Positions 8,752-18,138 of a stretch of DNA of 64,000 bases are shown here, one piece after another (position 1 is the stretch's first letter; the number at the start of each line of letters is the position of its first letter). The translations under genes and the position numbers were made by a program. The stretch is taken from contig DATDNH010000094.1 of NCBI GenBank assembly GCA_036518395.1, positions 7,366 through 71,365 of the forward strand, read 5' to 3'. The notes under the pieces were generated by a model that ran no database searches, was not told where the DNA came from, and saw only the letters and a program-made list of their open reading frames with translations. Source of the DNA: Candidatus Angelobacter sp. Its GTDB lineage: Bacteria > Acidobacteriota > Terriglobia > Terriglobales > Acidobacteriaceae.

Positions 8752-10602
8752 CTATTTCTTTTCCAGCTCTTCCTCAGTCTTTTGGGCCCTGTGCGCCCGG
8801 TCCAAACCGGCGCGCGCCTCGGAATTATTGCGGTCCAGGCGCAAAGCGTGCTGGAAATCAGCGATGGCGGCCGCGTACTTGCCATCGTCCAGTTTCTGGT
8901 TTCCTAGCTTGATCAGGGTGTTTGCCTGGGATCGCGCTAGATTAACATTTGTTTGGCTCCTCGTAGCACCGGAATTCTTTACGCCGCCATTGCTCTTGGC
9001 TGAACTATCGGAGGCTTGAGGCATTGTGTTGTTGTGTGTTGAATCAACTGAACTGGTGGAATTCCCCGATGCGGGAGTTACAGTATTTGCCGTGGTTTCT
9101 GACACGACGATGTTGTTCTCTACGCTGGAAACTCCACTCACTGCGCGTGCTAGGTTTTCGGCCTCTTCTTTGTCTCCGGGCAGGGGAACGTTGCCGGAAA
9201 GAGTTACAGCATCAGAATTCACGGTTACAGTGATGTTCTGTGCTTTGCCTTGAAGCTGGGGCGAGGATTGCAGTTTTCCGGCGATCAAATCGTGAAGCGC
9301 CACATCATGTTCCTGCAGTGCGGCGTTGCGGCGCGCGTTCACTTTGAGCAGCATGTAGCCAATCGCGGCGCAAACAACCACCACGATCGTGACCATCGCG
9401 ATCCGGAGCCGCTTACCTTTGTCGTGAAGCGTGATAGGCGCGAAGGCCCCGGTGCGAATGGCTGGTGCGGGCGCTTCAACTGGTTTGGGTGATTCGATTT
9501 TTGCTGGCGCAGGCTTTGCAGGAGTAATCGCGGGCGAGCGTTGTGCCGCTGCCGCCGCGACACCGGACGCGAGCGCTGCAGTCGGCTGATCGTCAGTTCG
9601 GGCTGTGAATACCTTGGTGGCAGCAAAGGCACCGGTGCCATTTCCCGCGAAGGCAGCAGGATTGCGCAAGGCAGCGAGCATTTCATCGGCCGTCTGAAAT
9701 CGCCGCTCGCGGCGTTTCTCCAGCGCCTTCATCAATACGGCTGAGACCGCTTCCGGAATGCGCAAATCCGGCCGCAGCTCGTGCGGTGGCCGAGGCACAG
9801 TCTGCAAATGGTGCATACACATTCCCAGCGGAGTATCGGATTCGAACGGCAGTTTTCCCGTCAGCATCTCATACAGCACTATGCCCAGTGAGTAAATATC
9901 AGCGCGCCCGTCCAGGTTTTCGCTGAGATGGCCTTCTGCCTGCTCCGGCGACATATATTCAGGCGTACCAATGATCACGCCAGTCTTCGTGGCCGTATAC
10001 CCACCCTGAAGTACACCTTCCCTGGCTTTAGCTATGCCAAAGTCCAATACCTTGGCAGTTTCATTTCCGGAAGAATCTCGTGTGATGAAAATGTTGTCCG
10101 GCTTGATGTCGCGATGGACGATCCCAAGCTTGTGCGCCGCGCTCAGCGCGGAGGCTACCTGCGCGCCCAGCTTCAGCGAACGCTCGACTGAAAGCGGTCC
10201 CTGTTCCTTGATCAGCTTGCGCAGATCATCGCCTTCGAGAAATTCCATGGCGATAAACGGGCGCCCATCCTCGATCTCGTCCAGATCTTCAACCCAAACA
10301 GCGTTCTCATGGCGCAAGCGCCGGGCTATTGCCGCCTCATGGCGAAAGCGGCGAAGAAAATCCTCGTCGCGGGAAAACTTGGCAAAGACCACCTTGACGG
10401 CCCGCAACTCATCCAAAAGGCGGTGCCTGGCGCGATACACAGCCGCCATGCCGCCGGCTCCAATCCATTCCAGAATGATGTATTTGTTACCGACAATCAT
10501 TCCCGGTTCCAGTTCCCGAATCTGGCGCAATGGGGTAGTGTCGTTGGGACAAACCTGCAACTGGTCAGCAAAAAGATGCTGGCATGTGGTGCAGTGTTTC
10601 AC
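8752..10602 (-). CDS. Ser/Thr protein kinase with CxxC N-terminus, TM segment, BON domain and C-terminal TPR
   Basis: N-terminal CTTCQHLF..VCPND. Kinase motifs GAGGMAAVYRA, HRDIKPDNIF, DFGIAKA, PEYMSPEQ. TM segment IAMVTIVVVVCAAIGYMLL. BON-like ITVTVNSDAVTLSGNVPLPGDKEEAENLARAVSGVSSVENNIVV. TPR-like tail. Confidence 0.9.
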   Translation of the reverse strand: MKHCTTCQHLFADQLQVCPNDTTPLRQIRELEPGMIVGNKYIILEWIGAGGMAAVYRARHRLLDELRAVKVVFAKFSRDEDFLRRFRHEAAIARRLRHENAVWVEDLDEIEDGRPFIAMEFLEGDDLRKLIKEQGPLSVERSLKLGAQVASALSAAHKLGIVHRDIKPDNIFITRDSSGNETAKVLDFGIAKAREGVLQGGYTATKTGVIIGTPEYMSPEQAEGHLSENLDGRADIYSLGIVLYEMLTGKLPFESDTPLGMCMHHLQTVPRPPHELRPDLRIPEAVSAVLMKALEKRRERRFQTADEMLAALRNPAAFAGNGTGAFAATKVFTARTDDQPTAALASGVAAAAAQRSPAITPAKPAPAKIESPKPVEAPAPAIRTGAFAPITLHDKGKRLRIAMVTIVVVVCAAIGYMLLKVNARRNAALQEHDVALHDLIAGKLQSSPQLQGKAQNITVTVNSDAVTLSGNVPLPGDKEEAENLARAVSGVSSVENNIVVSETTANTVTPASGNSTSSVDSTHNNTMPQASDSSAKSNGGVKNSGATRSQTNVNLARSQANTLIKLGNQKLDDGKYAAAIADFQHALRLDRNNSEARAGLDRAHRAQKTEEELEKK

Positions 10603-10759
10603 CTGCCGCTCCAGCCGCCGTAGGGGTAGTTCTGCCTGATAGTTGATTTCACCGGGACAGCACTTATTGAGGTGCTTTGCTGGTCATAATACTTCGGAAA
10701 TGATGAGAAACAAAGGGCAAAGTGCGTTCAGCGAGCGGCAAAGAACGGCAAAAATCAAG

Positions 10760-10787
10760 GTACAGGCCACAGGCAACAGGCAACAGG
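10760..10787. repeat. heptamer tandem array (gtacagg ccacagg caacagg caacagg)
   Basis: Read directly from the sequence. Four contiguous 7-nt units in the kinase/DinB divergent spacer. Confidence 0.85.
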
Positions 10788-10877
10788 AAAACTCCAGCAC
10801 CACGCTTGCTGTTTTCGTTGAACCGACTCTCCCGCAAACCGATATAATTGCCGGGAAATCTTTAGAAGGTGATTCTA

Positions 10878-11417
10878 ATGACCCAGCCAATTCAACCCGA
10901 TCAAGCTAGTTTTCTGTTGCATACGATTCTGCCCCTGTTAGAGAGAGAACATCGCACTACCAAAGCGGTAGTCGAGGCGGTTCCTACTTCGAAGTGGGAT
11001 TACCGTTGCGACCCGAATTCCAGAACAGCCCTGGATCTCGCGTGGCATATCGTGGCCGCTGAGAAGCGTTTCCTGGAAGGCGTTGTCAACGGACAATTCA
11101 ACTTCGATCCCATTCACCGGCCCGAATCAGTCCAGACTTCAACGGATATAGGACGCTGGTATGAAGAGATGTTCCAGTCAGTTTTTGCTCGACTGCAAAA
11201 ACTCTCAGGTGAGCAACTGATCAGGTCCGTCGATTTTCGGGGAATGTTTCAACAACCGGCAGTGATGTATTGCCTGCTGGCGCTGAATCATACAATTCAT
11301 CACCGCGGCCAGCTTTCAACTTATCTGCGGCCCTGCGGCGCAAAGGTGCCCGCCATTTATGGCGAGAGCTACGACTCCGCGGAAGCGCGAAAAGCCCAGC
11401 AGGCAAAGAGTGCGTGA
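10878..11417 (+). CDS. DinB-family protein
   Basis: Motifs LDLAWHIVAAEKRF and LNHTIHHRGQLSTYLR are typical of the DinB/YfiT four-helix metal-binding family. I prefer ATG 10878 (GAAGG upstream) over GTG 10869. Confidence 0.8.
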   Translation: MTQPIQPDQASFLLHTILPLLEREHRTTKAVVEAVPTSKWDYRCDPNSRTALDLAWHIVAAEKRFLEGVVNGQFNFDPIHRPESVQTSTDIGRWYEEMFQSVFARLQKLSGEQLIRSVDFRGMFQQPAVMYCLLALNHTIHHRGQLSTYLRPCGAKVPAIYGESYDSAEARKAQQAKSA

Positions 11418-11419
11418 AA

Positions 11420-11447
11420 AACAGGGAATAGGGAACAGATAAGACCT
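11420..11447. repeat. degenerate heptamer array (aacaggg aataggg aacagat aagacct)
   Basis: Read directly from the sequence. Related to the CAACAGG unit. Lies just after the DinB stop. Confidence 0.6.
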
Positions 11448-11464
11448 TTAGCCTTTTGATCAGA

Positions 11465-11503
11465 AATCAAACCAAAAACCACACCCCGCGCCGCAGCGCG
11501 GGG
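11465..11503 (-). terminator. rho-independent terminator of the small K/D/Q-rich gene
   Basis: ccccgcgc-cgca-gcgcgggg 8-bp GC stem. On the minus strand it is followed by TGTGGTTTTTGGTTTGATTT. Confidence 0.8.
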
Positions 11504-11526
11504 CGCGTGTCGTCTAACCGGTGAAA

Positions 11527-11877
11527 CTATCCTTTCCTGTGCCCTCGGCGGTAGGCGCGGCGGTCGGACTTGATGTCCTTGCGGTCGTGCTTCAGGTCGG
11601 CCTTTTGCTTTTTCAGCTTTTCCCGATCTTGTTTAAGTTGGGCTTTGTCGGCCTGAATCTGCGCTTTGCTGGCATGGTTTGCGCGATCGGCGGCCAGCTT
11701 TTGCTTGTCCTGGTCAACGATCTGCTCCTGCTGTTTGATTTCCTGCCTGTCCTGCTGAATGTCCTGCTTGTCTTTCTGGATGTCATTCTGGCCAGTCGGG
11801 GTGTTGGTCGAACCAGTCTGGGCCAAAGCTGGCGAACAGACGAGCGCCGTCGCCAAAATCAAAGTAAGTTTGTGCAT
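11527..11877 (-). CDS. small secreted heptad-repeat K/D/Q-rich protein
   Basis: Signal peptide MHKLTLILATALVCSPALAQ, followed by about 11 consecutive 7-aa units, each containing D(K/R) (IQKDKQD IQQDRQE ... KHDRKDI). A good terminator lies downstream. Confidence 0.6.
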   Translation of the reverse strand: MHKLTLILATALVCSPALAQTGSTNTPTGQNDIQKDKQDIQQDRQEIKQQEQIVDQDKQKLAADRANHASKAQIQADKAQLKQDREKLKKQKADLKHDRKDIKSDRRAYRRGHRKG

Positions 11878-12030
11878 AGTTTTCCCGTTCCCCTGAAAGG
11901 GGCTCCTTCAGGGGAAGTGAACCCTGTATTTCCAGAATAGTTGCTGGCTAAAAACAGTATTTAGTACTTAGCAATACTCGGACCTGCGATTTATAGAATG
12001 ATGCAAGTTGGATAAAGTGCGAAACACAGC

Positions 12031-13914
12031 ATGAAATCCTGGCAAGACTTGATTATCGGGAGACCGCTGGCCAGCTCGCAGGAACGAGCTGAGCAGATTG
12101 GGCCGGTACATGGCATTCCCATCTTCGGGCTGGATGCGCTCAGCTCGGCTGGATACGGTCCAGAAGCGGCTTTGACCATCCTGATTCCGCTGGGGTTATT
12201 GGGACTTAACTATGCCGTGCCGATCACTGCCAGCATTGTGGTCCTGTTGGCAATTGTCTACTTCTCTTATCGGCAGACGATCGGCGCCTATCCCGGTGGC
12301 GGCGGATCTTACACTGTCGCCCGGGAAAATCTGGGTGAGTCGGCCAGCCTGCTCGCGGCAGCGGCCCTGATGATTGACTACATACTGACGGTAGCGGTTG
12401 GAATTTCAGCAGGCGTGGGTGCTCTGGTTTCGGCTTTTCCCGGACTGCAACCGCATACGCTGTCGCTGTGCCTGGGAATTCTGATATTGATTGCCCTGAT
12501 TAACCTTCGTGGGCTACGCGAAGCCGGCGCGATCTTTATGCTGCCAACGTTCCTGTTTGTGGGATCGTTGTTACTCACAATTATTTTGGGGCTGGTGAAA
12601 TCAGTCTTGCACGCAGGCCATCCATCACCGGTAGTTGCACCCCACCCTCTTCATGCCACCGTAGGCGCAGCAACGATTTGGCTGGTGCTGCAAAGCTTTT
12701 CCAGTGGCTGTACGGCCATGACAGGAGTGGAAGCAGTAAGCAACGGTGTACGCGCCTTCCGCGAGCCGCGAGTCAAAAACGCCAAAATCACTCTTACTGT
12801 AATTATCGTGATCCTCATGGTGCTGCTCCTGGGAATCGCAATTCTGGTCAAGGTCTATTCGATTGGCGCAACCGATCCCAACCAGCCCGGTTATGAAAGC
12901 GTGCTATCGCAATTGCTTGCGGCCGTGACCGGCAAAGGTATTTTTTATTACGTCTCCATTGCTTCGATTCTTCTGGTGCTGTCACTCTCGGCCAACACTG
13001 CCTTCGCCGACTTCCCACGGCTCTGCCAGACGATTGCCCGTAACGGCTATCTGCCTAAATCCTTCGCTTCACGTGGAAGGCGGCTGGTTTTTTCGCAGGG
13101 AATTTATGCGCTCACGTTTGTGGCCGGAGTGTTGTTGATTGTTTTCGGCGGCGTCACGGACCGGCTCATTCCTCTGTATGCCATCGGAGCATTTCTCGCT
13201 TTTACTTTGTCCCAGGCAGGCATGGTGGCGCACTGGAAGAGGACCAAAGGCCGCCATTACCTCAGCATGTTCCTTAATGGATTAGGCGCTCTCACGACCG
13301 CTATCACAGTCCTAGTCGTTCTGGTAGCGAAGTTTGTCGAAGGCGCCTGGATCACTCTGGCTATGATTCCCCTGCTCTTTTTCATCATGAAGGCGGTACA
13401 TCGGCAGTACCAGTGGATGGAAAAAGACATTGCGCTGAACAAGCCGCTGGACCTCACAAATCTGCACAAACCGATTGTGATTGTGCCGGTAGATGGATGG
13501 AGCCGCATCGTTCAAAAGGCGCTGCGCTTTGCTTTACTCATATCGTCTGAGGTGCAGGCCGTCCACATCCACACGGAAGAAAGTCCATCCCATCTTGCAG
13601 CGCAGTGGAAGGCGCTGGTAGAAGCACCGGCCAAAGCTGCTGGCTCGCCAGTTCCTGAACTCAAGGTTATAAATTCACCGTATCGCTACATTCTGAATCC
13701 TATTCTCGAATACGTCACGAAGGAGGCAAAAAAGCATCCAGAGTGTCATATCGCGGTCATTATCCCGGAAACGATCCTGAACCGCTGGTACAACTATTTT
13801 CTGCACAACCAGCGGGCAACATTGCTGAAGGCCATGCTTTACTTTGCGGACAACCCTCAGATTGTAGTCACCAATGTGCCATGGTATTTCGGAAAAGAGA
13901 AATCTCGTTACTGA
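12031..13914 (+). CDS. APC-superfamily permease with a C-terminal cytoplasmic domain
   Basis: 627 aa with about 12 TM helices. The N-terminus (GIPIFGLDALSSAGYGPEA) is typical of amino acid/polyamine/cation APC permeases. Soluble tail of about 170 aa. Confidence 0.8.
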   Translation: MKSWQDLIIGRPLASSQERAEQIGPVHGIPIFGLDALSSAGYGPEAALTILIPLGLLGLNYAVPITASIVVLLAIVYFSYRQTIGAYPGGGGSYTVARENLGESASLLAAAALMIDYILTVAVGISAGVGALVSAFPGLQPHTLSLCLGILILIALINLRGLREAGAIFMLPTFLFVGSLLLTIILGLVKSVLHAGHPSPVVAPHPLHATVGAATIWLVLQSFSSGCTAMTGVEAVSNGVRAFREPRVKNAKITLTVIIVILMVLLLGIAILVKVYSIGATDPNQPGYESVLSQLLAAVTGKGIFYYVSIASILLVLSLSANTAFADFPRLCQTIARNGYLPKSFASRGRRLVFSQGIYALTFVAGVLLIVFGGVTDRLIPLYAIGAFLAFTLSQAGMVAHWKRTKGRHYLSMFLNGLGALTTAITVLVVLVAKFVEGAWITLAMIPLLFFIMKAVHRQYQWMEKDIALNKPLDLTNLHKPIVIVPVDGWSRIVQKALRFALLISSEVQAVHIHTEESPSHLAAQWKALVEAPAKAAGSPVPELKVINSPYRYILNPILEYVTKEAKKHPECHIAVIIPETILNRWYNYFLHNQRATLLKAMLYFADNPQIVVTNVPWYFGKEKSRY

Positions 13915-13954
13915 ATGCCGCATGCCCTGACTGATCAATAAGGATAGGCGTCCC

Positions 13955-14722
13955 TCATCCCCTGGCAAAATGTAAGAGAGCAAAGATATAGATCCAGAGC
14001 ACGGCCATAAAATGCCAGTACCACCCGGTCACATCTACGGCAATGCGCTGGGATTCGAGCTTCATTCGCACCCAGCTTCCTAGAAGCGTGTAGACCAACG
14101 CCAGCAATCCTCCCAGGAGGTGCAGTGCGTGGAGTCCGGTAAGAAGATAAAAGAATGAACTGCTGGGATATGAAGCAATGTAGATACCTTGATGTCGGAG
14201 AGAGTTCCACACCAGCAACTGTCCCCCCAGAAAGCCAAAGCCAAGCAGCACCGTCAAACTGAGCCACGGCAGATCAGTGTGGAATTTGGGTGGAAGAATG
14301 CCGAGAGTGACGAACTCGGCTTTCCTCAGCAGGCCTCTGCGCGCCAGCTCAAGCGTGACGCTGCTCAGAACGAGCACGAAAGTATTGATGAACAGCAGCC
14401 GATAAGGAAGCGTGAGCGGATGCCAGTCTGCGATGGCCACATGGGTGTGAGGGTCCCAACGTCCCGTGCCCTGGCGCCAGATGTATACCACGCTCAAACC
14501 TGCGAACAGCATTGTTACCGAGATGATTCCGGCCATCATGCCAATGCGAAAACGGCGCAGGCGCTCCCGGCTGGAAAGAAAATCGTCGCGGCGAAATGGC
14601 TCTCCCTCGTCGCCGCCGCCGTAGCCACGCCGGAAGGGAATTTTTCCCGGCCCGCCGCCTCCAAGCTTCGGCTTCTTTTCCCGTTCAACGTGTTCAGTGA
14701 CTGGGGACATATCAGTACACAT
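13955..14722 (-). CDS. coxC: cytochrome c oxidase subunit III
   Basis: Motifs HALHLLGGLLAL and WYWHFMAVLWIYIFALL. Follows coxA on the same strand. Confidence 0.85.
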   Translation of the reverse strand: MCTDMSPVTEHVEREKKPKLGGGGPGKIPFRRGYGGGDEGEPFRRDDFLSSRERLRRFRIGMMAGIISVTMLFAGLSVVYIWRQGTGRWDPHTHVAIADWHPLTLPYRLLFINTFVLVLSSVTLELARRGLLRKAEFVTLGILPPKFHTDLPWLSLTVLLGFGFLGGQLLVWNSLRHQGIYIASYPSSSFFYLLTGLHALHLLGGLLALVYTLLGSWVRMKLESQRIAVDVTGWYWHFMAVLWIYIFALLHFARG

Positions 14723-14827
14723 CCTCCGACAAAGCGCTTTTACAGCCTGTCCTGAGATGGTCCCGCCCTGGCGGGAGAGTCGAAGTATGTTCGATGACCG
14801 GAGGCATAACTACTTTGATGATCGGGT

Positions 14828-16555
14828 TTAAGAAGTGGTCAAGCTGTCCTGCATGCGGAAATCGCTTTCAGCGCCGGGGACACTGTACTCGTAGGCTCCG
14901 CAGTTGACGACTGGCTGGTGGTCGCCGAAGCCGTATCGCGCGGCTGGAGACGCCAGCGTCCACTCAAGAGTCGTACATTGCCACGGATTTGCACCTGCCG
15001 CTGCTCCTTTAAACATACTCCAGAAGAAGTTCACAATAAAGATCAGTTGAGCGGAAATGGTGAGAATGGCCGCATAGGTAATAAACCTTTGCAGCGGGAG
15101 AAGCGCGGTCACGTAATGCACTCCAGTCAATTCTGAGTATCGTCGCGGATGGCCGGCAATCCCGAGCAGATGCATGGGCAGGAAGATGGCATAGGCCCCC
15201 AGAAAAGTGATCCAGAAGTGCAGCTTGCCCAGACGCTCGCTCATCATGCGGCCAAACATTTTAGGAAACCAGAAGTGCGTAGCGGCAAATACGGCAAAAA
15301 GTCCCGCCATCGCCATGATCAAGTGGAAATGCGCCACCACGAAATATGTGTCGTGCACGTAAATGTTCAGCGCTGGCTGGGCCAGAATCGGACCAGTCAG
15401 GCCGCCGGTGATGAAAAGTGAAACAAAGCCGATGGAGAACAGCAGTGGAGTATTAAAGCGCAGTCGCCCGCCCCAGATCGTGCCCAGCCAGTTGAATGTC
15501 TTGATGGCTGAAGGCACAGCGATGGCGGTGGTCAAAGCCGAGAAAGCAAAACCCGCGTAGGGGTCCATGCCGCTGACAAACATGTGATGCCCCCATACCA
15601 TGAATCCCAGCGCGCCGATCGCGATTGTCGCCGCGACCATGGCGCGATAGCCAAATACCGGTTTGCGCGAAAAAACAGATAGCAGATGCGAGGTGATTCC
15701 CATTCCGGGAAGGATGGCGATATAGACTTCCGGATGCCCAAAAAACCAGAAGAGATGCTGCCAGAGCAGAGGCGAGCCGCCGTTGCGTTCGACCGTTTGC
15801 CCGCTTACCACCAGCCCGCCAGGCACAAAGACGCTGGTTCCTGCATTGCGATCCAGCAGCAAAAGAATTACCGCGCCCAGGAGAATGCTGAATGCCAGCA
15901 GGCTCAGGCTGGCAGCCACAAACCACGTCCAGCAGGGAAGCGGCATTCGCATCCAGTGCATTCCCCCGGTGCGCAGCTTGATGGTGGTGGTTATGAAGTT
16001 AATCGCGCTGAGCACGGAGGCAATCGAGAACAGTCCAATGCTGCTGAGCCACAAGTCCGTCCCCATACCTTGACCGGGGCCGGCTGCCGGGATGGCACTG
16101 AGTGGAGCATACTGCGTCCAACCAGCCAGAGAGGCGCCCCCGGGCACGAAAAAGGCGGCGAGCAGGACCAAAAGAGCCAGCACCGTGATCCAGAAACCGA
16201 GCATGTTAAGGCGCGGAAAAGCCATCTCCGAAGCGCCCAGTTGTAAAGGAAGAAAGAAATTGCCAAAACCACTCAGTGGTACAGTGGAAAGCACAAAGAA
16301 AACCATCAATGTGCCGTGCATGGTGAGGTATTGCAGGTAAGTTTCAGGCTTGATCTGGCCGATGAAGGGAATTGTCAGGTTAGGCCATACCAGATGAATC
16401 CGCATTAACAGGGAAAGCAGGGTGCCGATCAGCACTGCGGCCAAAGACAGAAAAAAATACTGCAGCCCGATGACTTTGTGGTCGGTGCTGAAAATATACC
16501 GGCGCACCAGGCTTTCTACAGCAATCTGGGCCGTAATGGGAGAGCGTTGTTCCAT
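14828..16555 (-). CDS. coxA: cytochrome c oxidase subunit I
   Basis: Heme-copper oxidase motifs WFFGHPEVYIAILPGMG and HHMFVSG. 12+ TM helices. Confidence 0.95.
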   Translation of the reverse strand: MEQRSPITAQIAVESLVRRYIFSTDHKVIGLQYFFLSLAAVLIGTLLSLLMRIHLVWPNLTIPFIGQIKPETYLQYLTMHGTLMVFFVLSTVPLSGFGNFFLPLQLGASEMAFPRLNMLGFWITVLALLVLLAAFFVPGGASLAGWTQYAPLSAIPAAGPGQGMGTDLWLSSIGLFSIASVLSAINFITTTIKLRTGGMHWMRMPLPCWTWFVAASLSLLAFSILLGAVILLLLDRNAGTSVFVPGGLVVSGQTVERNGGSPLLWQHLFWFFGHPEVYIAILPGMGITSHLLSVFSRKPVFGYRAMVAATIAIGALGFMVWGHHMFVSGMDPYAGFAFSALTTAIAVPSAIKTFNWLGTIWGGRLRFNTPLLFSIGFVSLFITGGLTGPILAQPALNIYVHDTYFVVAHFHLIMAMAGLFAVFAATHFWFPKMFGRMMSERLGKLHFWITFLGAYAIFLPMHLLGIAGHPRRYSELTGVHYVTALLPLQRFITYAAILTISAQLIFIVNFFWSMFKGAAAGANPWQCTTLEWTLASPAARYGFGDHQPVVNCGAYEYSVPGAESDFRMQDSLTTS

Positions 16556-16560
16556 TCAGC

Positions 16561-17355
16561 TCATTCCGTAACGCTTTGGCGTAACTTCAACCATTCCTTG
16601 AACTCTTGCTCGCTCACAACTTTTACCGTTGCACGCATGCGGTAATGGCCCAGACCGCAGAGCTGCGAGCAGGCAATCTCAAATGTCCCTGTGTGTAACG
16701 GCCTGAGATAAGCATGGATAGACATACCGGGAACCGCATCCTGCTTGAAGCGCATCGCTGGGATGAAAACGCTGTGGATCACATCCTGCGCGCGCAAGGT
16801 CAGATCCACGTCACGATTCACGGGAAGCACCAGGGACGCAGAGACAATATCGTCCTTGCCTGCCGGATCATCGGGGTCAATTCCCAGGGGATTGCCTTCA
16901 TTTGGTTTGGCGAACTTCACTGCGTCCGTTCGCCCCCATCTGCCATCGGGGCCGGGATAGCGAAAATACCATTGAAACTGAGCGCCGGTCACCTCCACCT
17001 GAACAGGATCGGTTGCAGCAGGATGAATTTTAATTTCCGACCATACACGCTCGCCGGTAATGTTGAACCAGAAGAAAAGGCACGCAACTAAGACCGTCCA
17101 ACTGATCTCAAAGCGCCAGTTTCCCCGAGAGTAAATTACAGGGCGCTTTGATCGAGCGCGAAAGATGGAAAATGCCAGCAACAACTGACCGGCAACGAAG
17201 AGCCCGCCCAGCACCCACAGCGCAGTTGAAAATTGACGATCGAGAACAGCGCCATGCAGCGCCACAACAGCAGGGAACCACCATGGATGAACAAAAAAAA
17301 GATAAACACTGATGAGAGTGATCAGGAGCAGCGCAAGCAGGAGGGCGAGAGCCAT
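16561..17355 (-). CDS. coxB: cytochrome c oxidase subunit II (CuA type)
   Basis: Two N-terminal TM helices. CuA site CSQLCGLGHYRM. Confidence 0.9.
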   Translation of the reverse strand: MALALLLALLLITLISVYLFFVHPWWFPAVVALHGAVLDRQFSTALWVLGGLFVAGQLLLAFSIFRARSKRPVIYSRGNWRFEISWTVLVACLFFWFNITGERVWSEIKIHPAATDPVQVEVTGAQFQWYFRYPGPDGRWGRTDAVKFAKPNEGNPLGIDPDDPAGKDDIVSASLVLPVNRDVDLTLRAQDVIHSVFIPAMRFKQDAVPGMSIHAYLRPLHTGTFEIACSQLCGLGHYRMRATVKVVSEQEFKEWLKLRQSVTE

Positions 17356-17361
17356 TTTAGA

Positions 17362-17403
17362 TTTCTGATTGTTGATTCTTGACTTGTGATTTTACTCTGA
17401 TTA
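17362..17403. repeat. heptamer array (tttctga ttgttga ttcttga cttgtga + 2 degenerate units)
   Basis: Read directly from the sequence. Fills the pdxT-coxB spacer. Confidence 0.8.
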
Positions 17404-17410
17404 CCAGCGG

Positions 17411-17986
17411 CTATTTCTTATTTCCGTTCTCGATCAATTTGAGGAACTCCTGATGGACGCGCGTGTCGTTGGAAAGCTCCGGATGAAAAGTTGCTGCCAT
17501 GATCTTGCCCTGGCGCACCAGCACGGGATCACCGTGCTCAGTGGCAAGCACCTCGACATTCTTGCCGGTCGCTGTAATTTTGGGGGCGCGAATAAACACC
17601 ATCTCCAGGGGATCATCACCAAGCCTGGTTTGTGCCTCGCGGATTGAGCTGTCGATCTGGCGCCCGTAGGCGTTGCGTCGAATACGAATGTCCAGCGTTC
17701 CTAATGAGCGCTGCGGCGGATTCTCAACTTCTTTGGCCAGCAGAATAGCGCCGGCACAGGTGCCAAAGGTTGGCTTCGTTCTGACGAACTCGCGGAGCTT
17801 TTCCAGAAATCCGTGTTCGGCCAGAAAATTCAGAAATGTGCTGGATTCGCCTCCGGGAATCACGATGGCATCAATCGAGTCCAGATGCTCCGGCTTGCGC
17901 ACGAGCGCAACCTCCGCGCCCAGCCGCTCCAACACGGCCTTGTGCGCGTCATAATCGCCCTGAATGGCTAGCACTCCGATCTTCAT
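17411..17986 (-). CDS. pdxT: pyridoxal 5'-phosphate synthase glutaminase subunit
   Basis: Motifs MKIGVLAIQGDY, PGGESST, GTCAG, FHPE. Confidence 0.95.
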   Translation of the reverse strand: MKIGVLAIQGDYDAHKAVLERLGAEVALVRKPEHLDSIDAIVIPGGESSTFLNFLAEHGFLEKLREFVRTKPTFGTCAGAILLAKEVENPPQRSLGTLDIRIRRNAYGRQIDSSIREAQTRLGDDPLEMVFIRAPKITATGKNVEVLATEHGDPVLVRQGKIMAATFHPELSNDTRVHQEFLKLIENGNKK

Positions 17987-18003
17987 AGCAAAACCAAAAC
18001 CTT

Positions 18004-18138
18004 TGAAACACAGAGGAAAGGAGTCAGCAGAGGAACTTGGGTGATAATTATTCAGAGCTTCCCTTGAGAGGATAAACAGCGATTTTTGAAAGCTCCTCCG
18101 TTTCCTCTGTTCCTCTGCGTTTCAGAGGTGTTCAGAGG
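18004..18138. repeat. CAGAGG/CCTCTG repeat cluster with hairpin cctctg-cgttt-cagagg (18112-18128)
   Basis: Four direct CAGAGG copies and two inverted CCTCTG copies in the 154-nt pdxS-pdxT spacer. cagaggaaaggag (18011) is nearly complementary to ctccgtttcctctg (18096). Confidence 0.7.
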
